Shown: one piece after another, positions 57,510-64,000 of the stretch
Position numbering within the stretch: the first letter of the stretch is position 1
Layout: every line of letters begins with the position of its first letter
Assembly: GCA_016932855.1 (NCBI GenBank)
Contig: JAFGCB010000030.1
Location: 475-64,474, forward strand
Direction of reading: 5' to 3'
DNA length: 64,000 bases
From: Candidatus Omnitrophota bacterium
Lineage (GTDB): Bacteria > Omnitrophota > Gorgyraeia > Duberdicusellales > Duberdicusellaceae
The notes under the pieces: model-generated
The model's input: the letters and a program-made list of their open reading frames with translations, nothing else
What the model was told of the DNA's origin: nothing
Databases searched by the model: none
Position numbers and translations under genes: made by a program

Positions 57510-58538
57510 TCAGTATAGGAGGCCGCCGATAGTAAAAATAGGGAAAAACAGGCTTATTACAATAAAACCCACTATTACTCCCATAAGAAGGATTAGAAGC
57601 GGCTCAAGCAAAGATATAATTCCCGATAAAGAAGTGCTTATATCTTCCTCGTAATCAGAGGCTATTTCTAAAAAAACCGAAGAAAGCTTGCCTCCCTCCT
57701 CAGCCACATTTACGATTCTGACTAATGAAAGCGGAAAAATCTCCGCTTCCTGCATGCTTGCTGAAAGAGCCTGGCCTTGTTCCACTTTCTCCAAAAGAAA
57801 ATCGATGGCTTCTTTAAGTAAAGGATCAACTACCACTTCTTTGGTAGCAACCATAGACTTCACTAAAGGAACTCCCGAAGAAAGCATAACCCCCAGAGAA
57901 TGGCAAAACCGCTCAATGGCTATATCTTTAAGAAAGCTGCCCATGACCGGTATTTTCCACCTGTAAATATTAATCTTATAAGCCCCTCGGGGACTCCGCC
58001 TGGCTAAAAAATATAAGAAAACAAAACCGGCAAAGAGAAAAATGAAAAGATAACCCCACTTACCGAAAAAGCCCGAAGCGCTTATAAGAAATAAAGTTAC
58101 CGGGGGAAGATCTCCTCCCAAATCTTCAAATATTTTCGTAATCGAAGGCACCACAAAAATCATAAGAATAGACAAAACTACTATTGAAGTCACAAGTATA
58201 AGCAAAGGATACATAACCGATGAAACAACTTTTTGCTTAAGCCGGCGCGACCGCATCAAAAAATCAGAAAGCTCTTTAAGACAAGAGGCGAGCTTGCCGC
58301 TTATTTCTCCGGCTCTAATCATATTTATATAAATCTGGGGAAAGACATTCATGTGATGCTCAAAGGCTTCAGAGAGAAATTCTCCCTCCTGAATACGCTG
58401 AATTACGTCTTGGACTACCTTTTTCATTTTGCACCTGGGCATCTGTTCATAAATAGTATCGAGGCTCTTTAATATAGAGATTCCTGACTTCATGAGCATG
58501 GAAAGCTGCCTGGTAAAATCTAATACGCTTTTTTTCAT
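57510..58538 (-). CDS. GspF/PilC inner-membrane platform protein
   Basis: FTRQLSMLMKSG, MIRAGEISGKL, MYP, LLEPLLI. Confidence 0.92.
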   Translation of the reverse strand: MKKSVLDFTRQLSMLMKSGISILKSLDTIYEQMPRCKMKKVVQDVIQRIQEGEFLSEAFEHHMNVFPQIYINMIRAGEISGKLASCLKELSDFLMRSRRLKQKVVSSVMYPLLILVTSIVVLSILMIFVVPSITKIFEDLGGDLPPVTLFLISASGFFGKWGYLFIFLFAGFVFLYFLARRSPRGAYKINIYRWKIPVMGSFLKDIAIERFCHSLGVMLSSGVPLVKSMVATKEVVVDPLLKEAIDFLLEKVEQGQALSASMQEAEIFPLSLVRIVNVAEEGGKLSSVFLEIASDYEEDISTSLSGIISLLEPLLILLMGVIVGFIVISLFFPIFTIGGLLY

Positions 58539-58613
58539 ATTTTTTCCCTACATTATTTACACAGATGATCGCGGATAGGTTTGCCTGTGATCATCCGCGC
58601 TCTTCGTCGGTAA

Positions 58614-59168
58614 TCATCTCTGCCCTACGGGAATATAGACAATTTCCTCATAGGTAGCCGTGAAATCCTTATAACTTAAGGTAAGAACTATTTTAACTGC
58701 CTTAGGTATAGTGTCTGAACTGTCAAACCACTGACTGCCGTCAAAAAAGCTAAAATTTAAACTTTCTATATTAAATCCTATTTCTTGCTCCTTGTCAAAG
58801 GTATTGAAATCGAAATCGCAGCTAGATTCCCTTCTTATCAAAGCCTTCTTCGAAACATCAAATAGATAACCGACTTCTCTTAAACTCTGCTCAGCAGGGT
58901 AGATAAAAAAAATCGATCGGCTATCCGCCTTAAAAACGCTTACTTCTTCAGGAACAAAAATCTGATCAATTCTAACTGAAGAAGAAACCTCTTTAGAAAT
59001 CCTTAAAAAAATATTTTTAAGGCTCTGATAACTCTTGGCCAGAACCTGACTCTGACCCCAGGACAAAATAGCACCCCTGAAAATTGTTCCTGTTAAAACA
59101 ATAACGGTAAGTAGAATGCTGACGGCAATAAGTACCTCTATAACGGTGAAAGTCTTATTAGATTTCAC
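58614..59168 (-). CDS. GspJ-like minor pseudopilin
   Basis: NKTFTVIEVLIAV, LNFSFFDGSQW, IPKAVKIVL. Confidence 0.78.
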   Translation of the reverse strand: MKSNKTFTVIEVLIAVSILLTVIVLTGTIFRGAILSWGQSQVLAKSYQSLKNIFLRISKEVSSSVRIDQIFVPEEVSVFKADSRSIFFIYPAEQSLREVGYLFDVSKKALIRRESSCDFDFNTFDKEQEIGFNIESLNFSFFDGSQWFDSSDTIPKAVKIVLTLSYKDFTATYEEIVYIPVGQR

Positions 59169-59191
59169 TTCTTATCCGGAGTAAGGCAAGA

Positions 59192-60676
59192 CTATCTTCT
59201 CCTAAAAAAGAGGGTCCGCTGCAATCTTTCAATTAAAGTCTCTTCTTTAACGGTCCAAGACCACTGCGCGGGAGTCGGGTCTTCCTCATCCTGGGCAATG
59301 GACCCGCTATTGTCTGCGTCGAAACCGGCTTTGACCCGGAAAAGATGGCTGCCAAGATCAAGTCCCGAAAAACTTATACTGTCTGCTTCTTGCCATACAG
59401 ACCAAACCGAACCGTCTAAAGAATAGCTAAACAAGGATCCTTCACGTGATGCCTCGTAATAAAAAGTAGCATCTTTATCCGAAGTTAAGGAAGAAGGCGC
59501 ACTGATTATACGGGTATCGGGAACTGTTACTATCAAGTCTATCTCGTCGGAATATATACCGGAAACATTACCGGCGTTATCTTCGAATCTAACGTAAACT
59601 GTCTTTTTTCCCGAGATATCGGGATTTCTTAAAACCCAGTTATCGACAATAGGGGTGAATTTAAAAGGCTCTTCCATTTCTGTATCGAATATTCCGTCGT
59701 TGGAAATATATATATACTTTACTCCCGAAAGCTCGTCTTCTACGGTAATCTTAAGCACGGCATAGGCTGAATTCGTAATAGGATCGTCATTGTTTATCAC
59801 CATACTGCAGGCAGGGGGCGTGGCATCTATAATAAAACTCCAACTCTTTACTGCCTGATTTCCGGTAATATCTTCCGCTTTCACTAAAACTATATTTTCG
59901 CCGTCTTCTAAAGAAGCTTTATAGAAAAATAGCTCCTCTTCCTCATCGAAATCTCCGAAAATACTCTCCTCATTAAAAATAAATTCCAAGCTCTCGGAAT
60001 CAAGACCCGAAGTTATATCCTTTATTCTGCAGCTAAGCTCTATGTCTTTTTCGGAAACCAGAGCACCAGCTGAAGGTAAAAGCTCACTTATAGAAGGAGG
60101 GGTGGTATCGACCCAGATATCAAAACCTATGGGAGGACCCCAGGTATCTTCACTTACCGAAGGCATTACATAGAAAGTATGCGCTCCATCGGAAAGAGCA
60201 TCGGCAGAATATTGGTAGGAAGCGCTGGTTGTATCTATCACTTCATCGGGCGGCTCATCCAAAGATACGCTGAAACCCCTTATCAAAGTAGGAGGATTCA
60301 AGAAAACCAGCCAATAAAAATAAGGATCATTGTCTTTCTGCCAAGTCTCGGGCCTTATTTCGAACCCCCCGATATTGGTCTTTGCTCCCAACTCAGCTAT
60401 TTCATATTTAACTTCACCCACAAGGCTTGGAAAATAATAGCCTTCCCCGAAAGAAACCAGTAAGTCGGAGCTATCAATTTCTACAGGTACGGCGAACTCC
60501 TGACCCATAACAAAATAAGTAAAAATATTCTTGGAGGAAGCGGTGGAGTTTACGTTCGCGCCGACACTTATAAAAGAAATTTTATATTTTGAAGAACCCA
60601 TATCATCTGCCTGAACCAGGGAAAACAGAAAACAAAAAACAGAAAACAGAATAATTATCTTAATCTTACGCATCAT
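59192..60676 (-). CDS. Exported acidic protein with Ig-like repeats
   Basis: Signal peptide; DGAHTFYV, VDTTPP, DGENIVLVKAEDITGN, IDATPP, VYVRFEDNAGN. Confidence 0.75.
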   Translation of the reverse strand: MMRKIKIIILFSVFCFLFSLVQADDMGSSKYKISFISVGANVNSTASSKNIFTYFVMGQEFAVPVEIDSSDLLVSFGEGYYFPSLVGEVKYEIAELGAKTNIGGFEIRPETWQKDNDPYFYWLVFLNPPTLIRGFSVSLDEPPDEVIDTTSASYQYSADALSDGAHTFYVMPSVSEDTWGPPIGFDIWVDTTPPSISELLPSAGALVSEKDIELSCRIKDITSGLDSESLEFIFNEESIFGDFDEEEELFFYKASLEDGENIVLVKAEDITGNQAVKSWSFIIDATPPACSMVINNDDPITNSAYAVLKITVEDELSGVKYIYISNDGIFDTEMEEPFKFTPIVDNWVLRNPDISGKKTVYVRFEDNAGNVSGIYSDEIDLIVTVPDTRIISAPSSLTSDKDATFYYEASREGSLFSYSLDGSVWSVWQEADSISFSGLDLGSHLFRVKAGFDADNSGSIAQDEEDPTPAQWSWTVKEETLIERLQRTLFFRRR

Positions 60677-62325
60677 TCGCCTAATACTCTTAATACTTCC
60701 TGAACCGAAGTTTTTCCCTCAATTATTTTGGCAAAACCGTCCTGCCTTAAAGTTTGAAAACCCCGCAACTGGGCGTGGCTTCTAATCTCATCGGAGGATG
60801 CCTTATTTACAATCAAATTATCAAAAGTAGAATCTAATTCCAAGACTTCAAAGATTGCAACCCTGCCTCTAAAACCGGTCCGGTTGCATCGCTGGCATCC
60901 CTGGGGCTGAAATACCTTGATTTCCTTATCAGAAAAAGAAATGGCAAACCCTAAGGCCTTCTCTAAATCAGCTAAAGACATATCCTTCTGCTGTCTGCAC
61001 TCATCACAAAGAACTCTTACCAGCCTCTGGGCAATAACTCCTTTTAAAGAAGAAGCAACCAGAAAAGGCTCAAGGCCCATATCTATAAGCCTGGTAACTG
61101 CCGAAGAAGCGTCGTTGGTATGTAAAGTAGACAAAACTAAATGGCCGGTTAAGGCTGCCTGAATCGCAATTTCGGCTGTCTCCAGATCTCTTATCTCGCC
61201 GACCATCACTATATCGGGATCATGCCTTAAAATAGAACGCAGACCCTGAGAAAAACCAAGCCCTACGCCGGGATTCACCTGGATCTGTTTGGCAAAATCT
61301 AAATGATACTCAACCGGGTCTTCTATGGTTATTATGTTTTTCTGAACGCTTTTAATCTCCAGAAGCGAAGCATAAAGAGTTGTCGATTTTCCCGAACCCG
61401 TAGGCCCGGTCACAAGGACTATGCCCGAAGTCTGCTTTAAGAAATGCCTGTATTTCTCAAGATTTTCTTTTGAGAACCCCAGCTCCCCTAAAGTAAAAAC
61501 CCCTTTTTCTCTTTCCAGAAGCCTTAATACTATACTTTCCCCTTCCACTAAAGGAATCACCGATACCCTTACGTCAATGGGCCTTGCGGATACCTGAACC
61601 TGAAATCCTCCGTCCTGCGGCTTCCTGCGTTCAGCAATGTCTAAATTGGCCATAATCTTCAAGCGGGCAACAATCGCGCTATAAAGATAGCGCGGAGGGG
61701 CCTTAAAAAGCTGAAGCACCCCGTCAATCCGAAAACGAATACTCACTTCATTTTTTTTAGGCTCAATATGAATATCACTGGCCCTGGAGTTTACCGCTTC
61801 AGCAATCAACAAATCCACCAGTTTTATTACCGAAGGCTTATCGTCCTGTGATTTAACTTCCTCAACCCCGGTCTTATCCTCAGAAGCGCAAAAGGTTTCA
61901 ATAAAGGCGTCGAGGCTATCTTTAGCGACAAGATAAGGCTTAATAAATAAACCCGTATGGAAACGCAGCTCCTCAATAGGCTCCCGCCTGAAAGGATCGG
62001 CAAAACCTACTTTTAATACCTCTCCTTCTTTTTGCAAAGGCGCTATTCTATATTTAGCCGCAAAACCCGAAGGAAGCAAAGATAAGGCATCTTTATCAGG
62101 GACAAAATCTTCCAAGGAAAAAACTTCTATGTGCAGCTTCCGGGAAAGAAAGCCTACGAGGCTTTCCTCATCTATCAGCCCTAGGCCCCTTAGGGCCTCG
62201 GCAAGAGTAGAACGGCTCCTTTCCTTCTCAATATCCAAAGTAACCGCCTGTTCTTGGGTTATAAGTCCTTGACTCACTAGATCTTTAATTAAAGGGTCTT
62301 TTAGTTGCTTATTCTCTTTCTCCAT
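60673..62325 (-). CDS. GspE/PilB assembly ATPase
   Basis: RASDIHIEP, GPTGSGKSTTLY, TIEDPVEY, LRHDPDIVMVGEIRD, STLHTND, CxxC pairs. Confidence 0.95.
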   Translation of the reverse strand: MEKENKQLKDPLIKDLVSQGLITQEQAVTLDIEKERSRSTLAEALRGLGLIDEESLVGFLSRKLHIEVFSLEDFVPDKDALSLLPSGFAAKYRIAPLQKEGEVLKVGFADPFRREPIEELRFHTGLFIKPYLVAKDSLDAFIETFCASEDKTGVEEVKSQDDKPSVIKLVDLLIAEAVNSRASDIHIEPKKNEVSIRFRIDGVLQLFKAPPRYLYSAIVARLKIMANLDIAERRKPQDGGFQVQVSARPIDVRVSVIPLVEGESIVLRLLEREKGVFTLGELGFSKENLEKYRHFLKQTSGIVLVTGPTGSGKSTTLYASLLEIKSVQKNIITIEDPVEYHLDFAKQIQVNPGVGLGFSQGLRSILRHDPDIVMVGEIRDLETAEIAIQAALTGHLVLSTLHTNDASSAVTRLIDMGLEPFLVASSLKGVIAQRLVRVLCDECRQQKDMSLADLEKALGFAISFSDKEIKVFQPQGCQRCNRTGFRGRVAIFEVLELDSTFDNLIVNKASSDEIRSHAQLRGFQTLRQDGFAKIIEGKTSVQEVLRVLGE

Positions 62326-62363
62326 CTTTATATTACCATATTGTGAATAAATCCTGCCAGGGC

Positions 62364-63377
62364 TTAGCTTCCGAATTCAATTTTCGGCAAAGCTCTAGAT
62401 ATAATAAATATCGCTTCAGCCAAAGCAAGTACTAACAAAAAAAGAGAGACTAAATTCTTACCCATAACTATAAATATACCCACTAAGCACCAAATAAGGG
62501 TAAAACTGTAAAGAGCGCATAAAGCCTTCTCTGTGCTATAACCTGAGCTTCTAAAAAGCAGAAATATATGGTCGTCGCTCTTTTTCACCGGAAGTATTCC
62601 TTTTCGTAAACGTATAAATATAAGAAATAAGGTGTCAAATATAGGGACTGCCAAGATAAATATAGGCACAAATAAAGCAAGTTTAGTAATAGGCAGTTTA
62701 ATCGTATGGGTCAAAGTAGCGTAATCACCGTACATGCTTAAACTTGCCAACATAAATCCTAAAAAGTGGCTGCCTGAATTTCCCATATATAGGCTGGCCG
62801 GAGGGATATTAAAAAAAAGAAAAATGAGTAAACTTGCCGAAAGGCTAAGGTATAAATAAACAAGCGAAAACTCCCTGCAAATAAAAGAAATCCAGAGAAA
62901 GGAAAGCGAAATAATAAGAGCTATACCCCCGCATAAACCGTCAGCAATATCTAAATGGTTAAAGGCATGGGTAACACCCATTATCCATAAAAAGGAAAAC
63001 AGGTAGTTCAGCCATCCGGGTAAGAAATAAATTTGAATTCTCTTTCCGTATAAAAGAAACAGAAATACCAGCAGCAGCTGGATAATAATCCTCGTGCGTA
63101 AGGAAAAATCCTTAAGATCATCAAGAAGCTCCACGGCCAGTACTATAAAAGAAAAAGTAATAAGCCAGATAAGCTCGAAAGGAAGCTCTGGTTTACGGCG
63201 AAGTACATAAAATAGATATGTTAAAATAAAGGAAAGAGAGAGACCCATTCCCCCTATATAAGGAATACCTTTTTGAGACTTGAACAGATTAAAACGTAAA
63301 CAAAGCCCTCTAAAAGAAATAAGAAAAATAAAGCTTAATACTGACGAAAGAAAGCAAATGACAAAAAAATCCCCCAT
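62364..63377 (-). CDS. MraY/WecA-family undecaprenyl-phosphate sugar-1-phosphate transferase
   Basis: PYIGG, LLDD, AFNHLDIADGL, FNIPPASLYMGNSGS; multiple TM helices. Confidence 0.88.
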   Translation of the reverse strand: MGDFFVICFLSSVLSFIFLISFRGLCLRFNLFKSQKGIPYIGGMGLSLSFILTYLFYVLRRKPELPFELIWLITFSFIVLAVELLDDLKDFSLRTRIIIQLLLVFLFLLYGKRIQIYFLPGWLNYLFSFLWIMGVTHAFNHLDIADGLCGGIALIISLSFLWISFICREFSLVYLYLSLSASLLIFLFFNIPPASLYMGNSGSHFLGFMLASLSMYGDYATLTHTIKLPITKLALFVPIFILAVPIFDTLFLIFIRLRKGILPVKKSDDHIFLLFRSSGYSTEKALCALYSFTLIWCLVGIFIVMGKNLVSLFLLVLALAEAIFIISRALPKIEFGS

Positions 63378-63482
63378 AACTTATTATTTTATGCCAATTC
63401 TTTGAAATAATCAATGAGGAAAATTCTGACATTGAAAGCGGGGTTTGCTGAAAAATCCCTGACAAGGCAACCGAGAATACAA

Positions 63483-64000
63483 TTACAGCTGCCGGTAAAT
63501 AGTATCGATCTGCTTTATCATTCTCTCCTTTGACCAATACTCAATGTCTAATCTTTCTCTATAAGCCCTGATCTTGACCTGCCAATCAGAATAGTTATCC
63601 AAAATACTGCTGACCCCCTTAGATAGCCCCTGCCAGTCTCCGGGCTTTACAATTATCCCATTTTTATTATCGTCTATGATATCTCTTATTCCTTGGGTAT
63701 CAGTCACCACAAGCGGTATTCCTGAGATGGCCGCCTCGATTACTGACAGCGGCAACCCTTCCCATAAAGAAGACAGAACAAAAACCGAAGCTTTTGAAAA
63801 CAAAGGCAAAACATCATCCACCCAGCCTTCTAATATAACATTCTTCTTAAGTCCTGAAGCCTGTATCTGACGAGACACTTCTTCGCGATAGGGTCCGTCT
63901 CCGGCTATTAAAAACTTAAGGCTACGGCCTTTGCCCAGAATATACTCTGCCATTCTTAAGAAATAATTAAGGCCTTTTTGAGGCTTTAAAGACGAGACGG
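63483..64000 (-). CDS. GT4 glycosyltransferase, 5' part outside the window
   Basis: IAGDGP, FVLSSLWEGLPLSVIEA; reading frame open to the window edge. Confidence 0.88.
   Translation of the reverse strand, partial: VSSLKPQKGLNYFLRMAEYILGKGRSLKFLIAGDGPYREEVSRQIQASGLKKNVILEGWVDDVLPLFSKASVFVLSSLWEGLPLSVIEAAISGIPLVVTDTQGIRDIIDDNKNGIIVKPGDWQGLSKGVSSILDNYSDWQVKIRAYRERLDIEYWSKERMIKQIDTIYRQL

Noticed and set aside
997-63870. Numerous short antisense or alternate-frame ORFs in the track (e.g. 997-1212, 29112-29483, 48405-48860)
   Set aside because: Shadows of confidently identified genes, with no recognisable motifs

Overview
Gene-dense, AT-rich bacterial chromosome segment with most genes on the minus strand. 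Gene content and style suggest a PVC-group lineage such as Ca. Omnitrophota (inference). It is mostly housekeeping: tyrS, rpsA, plsC, nadD, proAB, a divergent obg, rplU, truA-asd-leuB/D/C, the rpmF-plsX-fabH-fabD-fabG-acpP-fabF cluster, coaD, rsmD, recG, dtd, queH, rpe, feoAB, glgC, plus a partial type II secretion/type IV pilus cluster. Most notable: (1) an ECF sigma/zinc anti-sigma pair converges on a spoVG-dprA-comM-yraN operon, and the motif TTGAAAGAA-N15-CGTCT lies in front of both the anti-sigma gene and that operon, suggesting an ECF-controlled natural-transformation module; (2) an orphan PaaX/Cas2-like gene is bracketed by two inverted, related ~40-bp palindromes; (3) many intergenic gaps hold head-to-head arrays of 7-11-bp units and REP-like palindromes, several duplicated in the window and one inserted in frame in leuC; (4) about eight genes look leaderless. 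No CRISPR array, tRNA, rRNA gene or transposase was recognised. All calls come from motif recognition by eye, with no database searches.
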